A stretch of 64,000 nucleotides of DNA from Muribaculaceae bacterium (GCA_017478855.1 JAFVCX010000137.1:16162-80161); one strand, 5' to 3'. Counted from the first letter of the stretch, positions 45,418 to 54,283 are shown. A program made the numbers and translations. The notes: generated by a model from the sequence alone, not told the origin.

Positions 45418-46173
45418 TCACGATTTATTGTGTGACGGGGCAGAAAAGTTCAGATAGTCAAAAATCTGATTTAGGCCGGCAATGGTGTGGGGATGGGTTT
45501 GCGCGTCCTCGTCGGCAGTCCAGCCTTTTCCCTTGAGCCACAAGGCCGCACAGCCTATCGACTCGGCGGGCAAAATGTCTTTGCGCAAGCTGTCGCCCAC
45601 CACCAGCACCTGCTCGGCGGGCAATTCCAGCACATCCACACCCAGCCTGAAGATGGTGGGATTGGGCTTGCGAACGCCCACCACCGCACTCTCAATCACT
45701 CCGCGAAAGTAGTGGCGCAGGTCGAAATCTCGCAGCACGCTGTCCACGTTGCCGTAAAAATTGCTCACCAGCACCATGGGATAGTGTGCCGCCAAGCGTT
45801 CCAGCACCGGCCGCGCTTCTTCCACGCATTCACGAGCCGCCTCGTAGCAATAGCGAGCTATACCATCGCGGGCATCGGTGCCATGCAGGGCCTCTACGGC
45901 CAGCATGCCATTCTGCGCCAAGTAGTCAAGCTCAATCTGCATCTTTTTCACTAGCAAATCAAGGAAGTTGTCGTTGGGCAAAATGTGCCGCACTCGCGCC
46001 AGCTCGCGCTCGCCATGCACATAGGCCTCACGAAACTGCTCTTTGCCGATGGGCAGTGCGGCCCCAAAATAGCTCTTATAGCCCAGCCATATCACTTCGC
46101 TCCAATGCACACCACGGCTGTCGATGGTGCCGCCATAGTCAAAGATGATGCCTTTAATCTGATTCATGGTCAA
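45418..46173 (-). CDS. HAD-superfamily protein with non-canonical motif I (D-x-G instead of D-x-D)
   Basis: Motif I reads IIFDYGGTID. Also contains VSNFYG and VVGDSLRKDI. Overlaps the upstream CDP-alcohol transferase gene by 4 nt. Confidence 0.7.
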   Translation of the reverse strand: MTMNQIKGIIFDYGGTIDSRGVHWSEVIWLGYKSYFGAALPIGKEQFREAYVHGERELARVRHILPNDNFLDLLVKKMQIELDYLAQNGMLAVEALHGTDARDGIARYCYEAARECVEEARPVLERLAAHYPMVLVSNFYGNVDSVLRDFDLRHYFRGVIESAVVGVRKPNPTIFRLGVDVLELPAEQVLVVGDSLRKDILPAESIGCAALWLKGKGWTADEDAQTHPHTIAGLNQIFDYLNFSAPSHNKS

Positions 46174-47111
46174 AGTTCGTGGGTGAATTTTTTACACATG
46201 CGCTCGTGGCGAATAATCATATAGATGAGCATGGCGTTGAGCACAATCAGTTCAAATGCGAAATAGAGCCACGGCATCTGAATGATGACCGAAACAAACA
46301 TGGCTATGATGCGCGTGTTGAACGAGAGCATGTTGGTGTACTTCATCAGCGGCAGGCTCTGCTGGCGGAAGCGGTCGCGAAACGATTGCGGAATCACGCC
46401 ATCGGCATAGCGTTCTTTGAGCCGGGCACGCAGCTGCTGCATGCGCGGCGTGGTGGCTTCCTGCTGGCGGGTGTAGTTGCGATAGAACCACAAAGTGAGC
46501 TTCTGCATGAAGTTGCCGCGCCAAGTGAGCGAGCGCAGCTGCTCGGTGAGGGCGGTTGTGCTGTCAAGTTCGCTGCCTTCTTCACCCTTCAGGAAATACA
46601 GATGAAACTGGCGGTAATAGTCGGCCATGGCAGCCTGCTTGGCGTGACTGAGGCCGGCGGCAATGGCCAGCGTCCAAATCATCCAGTGATGATTGGCAAA
46701 AAAATCATAGAGTAACTTGTCGCCAAAAAACAGCTCGCGATACACGATGGCAAAATAGATGGCGATAAACCACAAGTCGCCGCTCAAACCATCAAGGATG
46801 CGGCCTATGCGGGAATACTGCTTGGTGAGGCGGGCCAGTTGGCCGTCGGCACTATCATAAGTGTTGGCCCAAATGATGAGGAAAATGCCCACATAGTTGA
46901 GCCAAAGCCACGGTTGCGCCCCAAAATACAGCAACACGCCGCCGGCCACCCCCAAAAAGATGGAGGCGATTGTCACCACATTGGGCGTTACGCCCAATCG
47001 TGCAAAGAGCTTGGCCCATAAGAATCCCAGCGGCCTGTAGAAATAAAGGTCGATATGTTCTTCGGTGTCCATCGACTTAAGCGATGCCCGATATTCTTCT
47101 TTCAGAGTCAT
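46170..47111 (-). CDS. CDP-alcohol phosphatidyltransferase family membrane protein
   Basis: Signature DSADGQLARLTKQYSRIGRILDGLSGD (D-x2-D-G-x2-A-R..G-x3-D). It is multi-TM. Confidence 0.8.
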   Translation of the reverse strand: MTLKEEYRASLKSMDTEEHIDLYFYRPLGFLWAKLFARLGVTPNVVTIASIFLGVAGGVLLYFGAQPWLWLNYVGIFLIIWANTYDSADGQLARLTKQYSRIGRILDGLSGDLWFIAIYFAIVYRELFFGDKLLYDFFANHHWMIWTLAIAAGLSHAKQAAMADYYRQFHLYFLKGEEGSELDSTTALTEQLRSLTWRGNFMQKLTLWFYRNYTRQQEATTPRMQQLRARLKERYADGVIPQSFRDRFRQQSLPLMKYTNMLSFNTRIIAMFVSVIIQMPWLYFAFELIVLNAMLIYMIIRHERMCKKFTHEL

Positions 47112-47196
47112 TTACGTCAGTTTGCTTTGAAATGATAAGGACAGTTCGGGAAGCCGTCGGCGCACTCTCATGCTTGCGTTCCCGCTTATGGCCTCG

Positions 47197-48072
47197 TCAT
47201 GATTTGTGATACTGCTTAACAATCGAGAGAATCGCCTTGGCAATATTGGGTGCAGCCTCAATGCGGCAGGGGGCAAAGCTGGGCCAGTCGTTAAAATCAA
47301 TGATTTTCACGCTGCCGTCTTGACCCACGATGCAGTCGCCGCCATAAATCACCACATTCAGCTCTTCGGCGGCACGATTGCACATGTCCATGAGCGCTTG
47401 CTTGTCAAATTCCAGCCCTTGTGAGCGGCCGTTCACCGCCTCGTGGCCATATTTGCTGTGACCTTCGTCGAAGGGGTAGAACCAATAAAAGAATTGTGAG
47501 CCGCGAATGCCATAGAACTTCACAAGGTCGCCCACAAGATGCACGTTGATCACTGCACGCTTAATGCCGCGATAGAAATACTCTTGAAGCACCTCTTGCG
47601 CCTCCTCGGCATGGCGGCAATACGACACGTCCTCTTTATGCATGGCGTGAAAATCGCCGCGTTTGATCCAGCAACTCTGGAAACCGGCTTTTTCGATGAG
47701 CGGCTTCACATTCTCGTTGGTGTTGACAATCAGGCTGTCGGGGTAGGGAATGCCATTGCCCAGCAAGATGCGTGTCATGCGCTCGCGCGTGCAGTTCTCA
47801 ATGCCGTAACCCGAATTGATGACCAGCCGGCCCTCATCCTCCAAGCGTTGCAGCCGTGCGATGCTGTCCTGCTGGCGGCACATGGCCAAGATAATATCTT
47901 CCTTGATGTCTTTCTCGTTCTCATTAAATTGCTCTTCGCTATACACATTCACGAGGCAGCCGCGCTTGCGCAGTTGCTCGGCAGTGGCGTTGAAGATGGC
48001 GGTGTCGTTGCCAATGTGGTTGGGCGAATAAGCTCCGGCCCTCATAATGCCTGCTATGGTGATTTCAGCCAT
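47197..48072 (-). CDS. ATP-grasp-like enzyme of unknown substrate
   Basis: The C-terminal block VVIYGGDCIVGQDGSVKIIDFNDWPSF resembles the ATP-grasp Mg/ATP site of RimK/ITPK1-type enzymes. The central block is CWIKRGDFHAMHKEDV. Confidence 0.55.
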   Translation of the reverse strand: MAEITIAGIMRAGAYSPNHIGNDTAIFNATAEQLRKRGCLVNVYSEEQFNENEKDIKEDIILAMCRQQDSIARLQRLEDEGRLVINSGYGIENCTRERMTRILLGNGIPYPDSLIVNTNENVKPLIEKAGFQSCWIKRGDFHAMHKEDVSYCRHAEEAQEVLQEYFYRGIKRAVINVHLVGDLVKFYGIRGSQFFYWFYPFDEGHSKYGHEAVNGRSQGLEFDKQALMDMCNRAAEELNVVIYGGDCIVGQDGSVKIIDFNDWPSFAPCRIEAAPNIAKAILSIVKQYHKS

Positions 48073-48083
48073 TGTGATATTGT

Positions 48084-48788
48084 TTATGATGGTTGTTGTA
48101 TGAATTGCTCGGCGGTAGCGATGTCGGCGGCATGGTCCACATCCACGATTTTCTCGATGGCGTAGGCACGCAGGTTCAGGCCGTTGGCAACCAGTGCCCG
48201 CTGAAAGTTGCGCATGCGGCTCACACCTTGCTCAATGCAGCGGTTCAGTGTGGTGAATGCCCGTGATGTCATGGCATAGATGCCACCTGAAACATATTTT
48301 GCGTCCTCAAAGGCCTTGTCGCAAAAAGCCGTGATGCGCATGTCTTCGTCCACTTCCACATAGAGTGGCTTTTCGTCGTCGATAAAGGGAGTCACAGCCC
48401 ACAGGCCGTCGCTTTCCTTATCGTTTTCAAACGCTTGAATGTAGCGTGCGAAATCATCTTCACGAAAGATGGTATCCACTGTGGTAAGGCAGAATTTGCC
48501 TTGCGGCAGCACTTGGCTCAGGTGCCAGAAACTGTGCATCGAGCTGGGCGTGGTGCGCACCACAAGATTCAGTGGCACGGGCAGCGTGAGCGAGCGCAAG
48601 AATTGCTGCACTTCCGTCATTTGCTCGTTGACGATAATGCTGATGCTCTCGGCATGGCAGCGCAAAAAAATGTTGATGAGGCGCTCTATCATGGGCTGCC
48701 CGTCCAAGCGCACGAGGGGCTTGGGCAGCGAAACGCCCTCTTGCGCGAGGCGTGAGCCTTCGCCGGCGGCTATGATGGCATAGTTCAT
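48084..48788 (-). CDS. NTP-transferase family nucleotidyltransferase (alcohol/sugar-phosphate cytidylyl- or uridylyltransferase-like)
   Basis: The N-terminal motif is MNYAIIAAGEGSRL (G-x-G-x-R-L), followed by KPLVRLDGQPMIERLI. Confidence 0.75.
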   Translation of the reverse strand: MNYAIIAAGEGSRLAQEGVSLPKPLVRLDGQPMIERLINIFLRCHAESISIIVNEQMTEVQQFLRSLTLPVPLNLVVRTTPSSMHSFWHLSQVLPQGKFCLTTVDTIFREDDFARYIQAFENDKESDGLWAVTPFIDDEKPLYVEVDEDMRITAFCDKAFEDAKYVSGGIYAMTSRAFTTLNRCIEQGVSRMRNFQRALVANGLNLRAYAIEKIVDVDHAADIATAEQFIQQPS

Positions 48789-49891
48789 TCTTCTTCGTCT
48801 TTTGTCAGGTCGAGCACAACGTTGTCTTTCCCCTTGTCGTGATATTGCTTGCGCAGCGGGTTGGCATTCATCTCATCATGGCGCAGCCGGCTGCGATAAA
48901 TGTCGATGGCCGCATAGATGGCTTGGCGCATCGATTGCTCGCTGGCCACACCCTTGCCGGCAATGTCATAACCCGTGCCGTGGTCGGGGCTGGTGCGCAC
49001 ATAGGGCAGGCCTGCCGTGTAATTCACGCCCTCGTCCATCGCGAGCGTTTTGAACGGAGCCAACCCTTGGTCGTGATACATGGCCAGCACAGCGTCAAAT
49101 TGCCGATACTGGCGGTTGCCAAAGAAGCCGTCGGCGGCATAGGGGCCGAAACACAAAATCTTTTCCTGCCCGTAGGCCTGCTCTATGGCCGGAGCGATGA
49201 CTTGCGCCTCCTCGTGGCCAAGCAGGCCATTCTCGCCGGCATGCGGATTCAGGGCAAGCACGGCGATGCGTGGCTTCACGATGCCAAAGTCGCGGGTCAA
49301 GGCCTTGTCGAGCAAGCGAATTTTCTCGAGTACCGACTCTTGGGTGATGGCGGCAGGCACTTGAGCTATGGGCAGGTGGGTGGTGACCAGTGCCACTCGC
49401 AGCCCCTCGTGGCAAAGCATCATCATGGCCGGCTCACCCTCGCCCAGACTGGCCTGCAGATAATCGGTGTGGCCGTTGAACTGGAATTCGTTGCTGCGAA
49501 TGTTCTCTTTATGGATGGGTGCCGTCACCAGCACGTCAATCAGGCCGTGCTTCAAGTCGGCCACGGCAGCTTCAAGAGCCTTGAAGGCGGCATTGCCGGC
49601 CTGTTTGCCGGTTTGACCCAATTCTATCTTCACTTCTTCGCCCGAATGCACATCCACCAGATTCACCGCACCGTCTTTGGCCTGTTCAGCACCCAGAATG
49701 TTATTTACAGAAAGTGGTTGCATTTCAATCGCCTTGCGATGATAAGCCATCACTTTGGGCGAGCCATATATGATGGGAGTGCACAGTTCCATAAACTGTG
49801 GGTCGCTCATCACTTTCAGTATCACCTCAGGGCCAATTCCGTTGGTGTCGCCCTGTGTGATGCCCACACGTATCAGTTTTTCGTTATTCAT
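48785..49891 (-). CDS. pdxA: 4-hydroxythreonine-4-phosphate dehydrogenase
   Basis: Contains GITQGDTNGIGPEVILK, VTAPIHKENI, GHTDYL, LNPHAGE and SPDHGT. Confidence 0.9.
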   Translation of the reverse strand: MNNEKLIRVGITQGDTNGIGPEVILKVMSDPQFMELCTPIIYGSPKVMAYHRKAIEMQPLSVNNILGAEQAKDGAVNLVDVHSGEEVKIELGQTGKQAGNAAFKALEAAVADLKHGLIDVLVTAPIHKENIRSNEFQFNGHTDYLQASLGEGEPAMMMLCHEGLRVALVTTHLPIAQVPAAITQESVLEKIRLLDKALTRDFGIVKPRIAVLALNPHAGENGLLGHEEAQVIAPAIEQAYGQEKILCFGPYAADGFFGNRQYRQFDAVLAMYHDQGLAPFKTLAMDEGVNYTAGLPYVRTSPDHGTGYDIAGKGVASEQSMRQAIYAAIDIYRSRLRHDEMNANPLRKQYHDKGKDNVVLDLTKDEEE

Positions 49892-50076
49892 TTATAATCA
49901 ATCATTTGTTTTTCACTCTTGCGCTCCTAATTGAGCATAAGACATTATCAATCGGCTAAATTACGAAAAAATATTGACACCACAACAATCCCCCTTGCCT
50001 ATTGTCCTCACACGGCACTTTATGACAAGTTGAATTCAAGTTTCGCGGCATTTTTGCTCACTCGGCACTTTTTTTA

Positions 50077-50084
50077 TACTTTTG
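50077..50084 (+). promoter_or_regulatory. Candidate -7 promoter box (TACTTTTG) abutting the start codon
   Basis: Matches TAnnTTTG. It ends 5 nt before the ATG at 50090, implying a leaderless or near-leaderless mRNA. Confidence 0.4.
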
Positions 50085-50089
50085 CGTCC

Positions 50090-51691
50090 ATGAATCGCAT
50101 TCGTCCTCGATTATCTAACGGAATCATCATCACTTTTTTTGCTGTTTTCACGACGGCTCTTCTCCTTTTTGTGTCGCCCGACAGCTATTTGCACGGTTTG
50201 TTCGCGCGGTGCGATTCAGCGTGGTTTTTCACTGCCGGGAAAGCGTGGATGAATGGACTTACTCCCTACATCGATTTTGCCGACAGCAAAGGGCCTCTCC
50301 TTTGGCTCATCTATGGCATGGGCTACCTCATCAGCCACAGTGACTACACTGGCGTGTTTTGGCTCTCGGTGATTTCCTACACCGCTACGTTCTATTGCCT
50401 TTATAGGGCCGCTCTGCTTTTTGTGCCGCGTCGTGCCCACGCCATCGTGAGCGCGTTGCTCATGGCCATTCCGTTTTTTCTGCCACCTTTCCACTACGAG
50501 GTCAGGGCCGAGGATTTTGCCAACCTGTATTTTGCCGTGTCGGTATGGGCTTTGGGCCGGTTGTGTTGCGGCCGGCCGGCCGATGGACGCTCAATGCGCC
50601 TTGCCGCCTTCGCCTTGGGGGTGTGCACGGGCGCGCTGCTCATGATTAAATACAACCTTGCGGTGGTGCAGCTCTCGCTGGTATTTGCCGCGGCAGTAAT
50701 CATTATTTGCCACAGCAAGAGGGAGTTTGTGCGCTCGTTTGTGTGCTATCTGGCGGGCGAGGCACTCATGGTGCTGCCCTTTGTGTTCTACTTGATGGTT
50801 GTGGGGGCTTTCGACGCTTTCGCTCATGAATATTTTCTCTCGACGGCAAGGCTGGTCAACGGCCTGCAAGTGTCGGCCATGCACAACAGCCTGTGGCACG
50901 ACATGCTCAACCCCGTGTTTGTCCTCTATGGTGTGGCGTTGTTGCTGGGCATCGTCATAGCCGGCAGATTTCTCAAAAGGTGGGCATGGATTCCCTATTT
51001 GGTTTTGGTCGTGTTTTATGCCGTGTTTTGCATAGGCTATTATGCGCGCTATCACTACTGCATGCTCGCCATTCTTTACTTTCCGCTGGCGGTGTACGTG
51101 GGCCGCAAAGTTTCCAGCCGTCGCAGTTCTGCTCAGATAGTGGGATTGACGGCGTGTGCGGTGATAGTCGCGAGTTGCGGCCTCAACTATTACTTGATGC
51201 GCAAGTCGTTTTGCGCCAGCTTTGACCGGCAGCTTGCCCAAGAATTCTATGCGGCATCGCACCTCGCAGGACAAGTGCCGCACCCCACGTTTGTATATCT
51301 CTTTTTTGGTGACTATGGTTATGGCGTGAAGGCGCAGTCGCTGCCGGGGTGCAAGTACTGGGCGTCGCAAAACGGAGCGTCCGGTGAAATGCACCGTGAG
51401 CAGATCGATGCCATCACGCGAAATCAACCGGATTTTGTGGTGGTTAAAGAGGAAGTTAATAGCGACAGCATCGCCGGTGTGGAGCAAACGAGCATCAATA
51501 AGATTTTGAGTGACAATGGCTATCGTGCCTATCCCTTGCCCGGAATCGGTGATTCGCCGGCTGCCGCACCGAGGCACATCATTCTTTACAGCCGCCATGC
51601 GCTGGCCGTTCCCCTTCATGCTGCCGAAGCAACATGGACCGACGTGATTTTGCGCCGAAATCCACTTGACCGAAATGCCAGCAATAAATAA
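50090..51691 (+). CDS. Polytopic membrane protein, putative GT-C-fold glycosyltransferase (paralog of 33962..35548)
   Basis: Start at MNRIRPRL. The block SPDSYLHGLFARCDSAWFFTAGKAWMNGLTPYIDFADSKGPLLWLIYGMGYL is near-identical to the 33962 product. The C-terminal block GDYGYGV..KYWASQNGAS..QPDFVV is shared. Confidence 0.55.
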   Translation: MNRIRPRLSNGIIITFFAVFTTALLLFVSPDSYLHGLFARCDSAWFFTAGKAWMNGLTPYIDFADSKGPLLWLIYGMGYLISHSDYTGVFWLSVISYTATFYCLYRAALLFVPRRAHAIVSALLMAIPFFLPPFHYEVRAEDFANLYFAVSVWALGRLCCGRPADGRSMRLAAFALGVCTGALLMIKYNLAVVQLSLVFAAAVIIICHSKREFVRSFVCYLAGEALMVLPFVFYLMVVGAFDAFAHEYFLSTARLVNGLQVSAMHNSLWHDMLNPVFVLYGVALLLGIVIAGRFLKRWAWIPYLVLVVFYAVFCIGYYARYHYCMLAILYFPLAVYVGRKVSSRRSSAQIVGLTACAVIVASCGLNYYLMRKSFCASFDRQLAQEFYAASHLAGQVPHPTFVYLFFGDYGYGVKAQSLPGCKYWASQNGASGEMHREQIDAITRNQPDFVVVKEEVNSDSIAGVEQTSINKILSDNGYRAYPLPGIGDSPAAAPRHIILYSRHALAVPLHAAEATWTDVILRRNPLDRNASNK

Positions 51692-51716
51692 GGTGTTGTC
51701 ATTTTTTGACAACACC
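51692..51716 (+). terminator. Hairpin immediately after the stop codon (GGTGTTGTCA-TTTTT-TGACAACACC)
   Basis: A perfect 10-bp stem with a T5 loop. It contains the palindrome GTTGTCA-N5-TGACAAC. Confidence 0.5.
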
Positions 51717-51744
51717 GCAACTTTCCAAATCCGCACCAAGCTAT

Positions 51745-51763
51745 GTTGTCAATAATTGACAAC
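51745..51763. repeat. Second copy of the GTTGTCA-N5-TGACAAC palindrome
   Basis: Sequence is GTTGTCAATAATTGACAAC. Its centre lies 50 bp from the centre of the first copy (51695..51713). Confidence 0.6.
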
Positions 51764-51773
51764 TGCGCCGTCG

Positions 51774-52292
51774 TTATCGGGGTAAGGTGAGGATGCGCAC
51801 CTCGGCATTGCTCATTCGGGGTATTTCGCGGGTGAGCTTACCATGATACACGGCCTGAATCGCCTTGTTGATAATGCCATGCCCCATGGCCAGAATGGTT
51901 AGCCCGGCATAGTGAGCCTGCACCCAATCAAGGAACTGCCGGCCACGTGCCAGCAGCTTTTCCATTGATTCCACATTATCGGGAAAAGGAAGTCCTTTGA
52001 GGTCAGGAATATATCGCCCTGTGAATCCGCCCCAGTCGCGTTCTCGCAGCAAAGGGGTAGTGGTCACCGCCATGCCTCTTGGCCGGGCAATGATGGAGGC
52101 CGAGTCTACAGCGCGCTGCAAATCGCTGGCCACAATGGCATGAAAGTGCACACCGGCCAGCGTGGTGCTCAGCGACTCAACCTGCGCCACGCCCTCAGGT
52201 GTGAGTTGTCCTTGCCGCTGCCCTTGCATGCGCTGCGCCACGTTGTCCACGGTAAGCCCATGCCGTGCCAAATAAATTGTCGTCACTGCCAT
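51774..52292 (-). CDS. Histidine phosphatase (phosphoglycerate mutase-like) family protein
   Basis: Contains the IYLARHGLT (RHG) motif and the distal MGHGII histidine. Confidence 0.8.
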   Translation of the reverse strand: MAVTTIYLARHGLTVDNVAQRMQGQRQGQLTPEGVAQVESLSTTLAGVHFHAIVASDLQRAVDSASIIARPRGMAVTTTPLLRERDWGGFTGRYIPDLKGLPFPDNVESMEKLLARGRQFLDWVQAHYAGLTILAMGHGIINKAIQAVYHGKLTREIPRMSNAEVRILTLPR

Positions 52293-52332
52293 CCTGCTGT
52301 CAAGAGTTGTGTTTCGTATGGCCGTTGACTGA

Positions 52333-53058
52333 TTATAGTTTTTTTGTCATCAGCCACCATGCATATTTCAGCAAAGATATTTGTCGCTTGATGCGCGAAG
52401 GTTGCTTAATGAGCCGATAGGCAAATTCCATGTTGTGGTCGATCCACCATTTGGGTGCACGCTCAACATGACCTACATAAATATCATAGCTGCCGCCAAG
52501 TCCTTGATATATCGCAAATGGATGGCGCTTTTGAAGCTCTCGCATGAGTAACTCTTGCTTGGGAGAACCCATGGCTACAAACACCACATCAGGTTTCAGC
52601 CGGGCCACCTCATTGATTAGTGCAGACTGTTCTTCTTTTGATTTCAGATAGCCATGATGGTAGCCAAGAATCTTTATTTCTGGAAATTGCAACTGAAGCT
52701 TCCGCACCGTTTCTTCGATGACCTCTTGTTTCCCTCCCACTAAATAAAAGGATTTTGTGGATTGGAAACGCTCCACCAGCTCAAGCCACAAGTCACAACC
52801 TGCTATCTTAATGGCTTCGTTATAGCCTTTTTGATGCAAAGCGATAGCCACACCGCTACCGTCGCAATAACCGATGTTGTTGTCGGTCAATGAGCGCAAG
52901 TCGTCGGTGGCATGAAGCACTTTCTCGGCATTGATGGCAACGAGAATACCTTTGTTCTGTTCAGCGTAGTTAACAATTTGTTCAACTGACGCAAAAGGCA
53001 ATACCCACAAGCCATTTAGGGAAACAGGTTTTACAAAATTTATCTCAGTCATATCCAA
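52333..53058 (-). CDS. WecB/TagA/CpsF (GT26) family glycosyltransferase
   Basis: Contains AINAEKV, DGSGV, VAMGSPKQE and QGLGGSYDIYVG, all typical of GT26. Confidence 0.85.
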   Translation of the reverse strand: MDMTEINFVKPVSLNGLWVLPFASVEQIVNYAEQNKGILVAINAEKVLHATDDLRSLTDNNIGYCDGSGVAIALHQKGYNEAIKIAGCDLWLELVERFQSTKSFYLVGGKQEVIEETVRKLQLQFPEIKILGYHHGYLKSKEEQSALINEVARLKPDVVFVAMGSPKQELLMRELQKRHPFAIYQGLGGSYDIYVGHVERAPKWWIDHNMEFAYRLIKQPSRIKRQISLLKYAWWLMTKKL

Positions 53059-53214
53059 TTTAGAAAGAAAAGCTATATGCGCTTTTCAAACTCGATGTTC
53101 AATAAAAGAAGTTTGTGCCCTCATTCTCATCGTGAGTGCAAAACTACAAAAATATTTTTATAAGGCAAAAAAACGGGCTGAGAGCGAATAATTTCGGTGA
53201 AAAGTGTTTGATAA

Positions 53215-54207
53215 TTACCGATTAAAGTCAAGGGTTACGCTTTTCTCGGTCACGTTGAGCGTAACGGGGCAGCCTTCAATCAAGGGATAATTCACCTGCT
53301 CGTCGTGGCTGGTGGGGAAATCGTAGCAAATGGGAATGTCGTTGCGTCCCATGAACTCATGCAACATGTCGCACATGTCGGCATAACCTTTCGAAGGCTC
53401 ATACTCATCGAAGTGTCCCACGATGATGCCGCGCACATGGTCGATGATGCCGCGCACCTTCAGCTGGTAGAACATGCTGCTCACGCGTGAGATGCTCTCG
53501 CTCACATCCTCAAAAAATAGGATGATGTCTTTATCCTTGATAAAATCACGATCCAAGAAATCATAGGGCGCACCGCCGGCAAAGTTGACGAGCACGCTCA
53601 GGTTGCCGCCTATGAGCACGCCCTGCGCGTGTCCGGGCACATTCCACTTGTGCCCCTTGACGGTGTGGCGCGGCAATGTGCCGAAAAGCAAGTCGCGCAG
53701 CATCACGCTGAGCGAGTCGGTTCCGCCTGTTTTTGCCAAACGGCCACACATGCTGCCGTGAATGCTCATGTGGCCCGCGCACACGAGGCCACTGTGCAGT
53801 GCCGTGATGTCGCTGTAACCCACCAGCCACTTGCCGCCATAGCGTTTGAGCGTGTCGAGCGGAATCTCATAGAGCAACTGCGATGCGCCGTAGCCGCCGC
53901 GCACACACATGATGGCTTTGATGGTCGTGTCGCGCAATGCCCACAAAAGGTCGTTTTTGCGCTGCTCCACCGTACCGGCCCACAAATGATACTGCTTTTT
54001 CGCATTAGGCCCCACCACGGGCACCAGCCCCCAAGACCGCAGGGCTGAGCAGCCGTCGTCGAAATACTTGGACGGGGCCGCGCTCGAAGGCGCTATCACG
54101 GCAATTTTATCGCCGGCACGCAAAAATTGCGGAGCTTTACACACGGGCTGCGCCCACAACACATGTGCCGCAACCGCCACCAGCAGAAGACTTAAAAGTT
54201 TTTTCAT
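53215..54207 (-). CDS. LD-carboxypeptidase (peptidase S66, LdcA/MccF-like), secreted
   Basis: Has a signal peptide (MKKLLSLLLVAVAAHVLWAQ). Contains CVRGGYGA, the nucleophile elbow GYSDITALH and C-terminal FPTSHDE. Confidence 0.8.
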   Translation of the reverse strand: MKKLLSLLLVAVAAHVLWAQPVCKAPQFLRAGDKIAVIAPSSAAPSKYFDDGCSALRSWGLVPVVGPNAKKQYHLWAGTVEQRKNDLLWALRDTTIKAIMCVRGGYGASQLLYEIPLDTLKRYGGKWLVGYSDITALHSGLVCAGHMSIHGSMCGRLAKTGGTDSLSVMLRDLLFGTLPRHTVKGHKWNVPGHAQGVLIGGNLSVLVNFAGGAPYDFLDRDFIKDKDIILFFEDVSESISRVSSMFYQLKVRGIIDHVRGIIVGHFDEYEPSKGYADMCDMLHEFMGRNDIPICYDFPTSHDEQVNYPLIEGCPVTLNVTEKSVTLDFNR

Positions 54208-54283
54208 CTTGAATATTTGTTCTGTTTTAGCCAGCAAAGATACAACTTTTGTGCCGTTTTGTTGGCAAATGAGAATATTTTTG

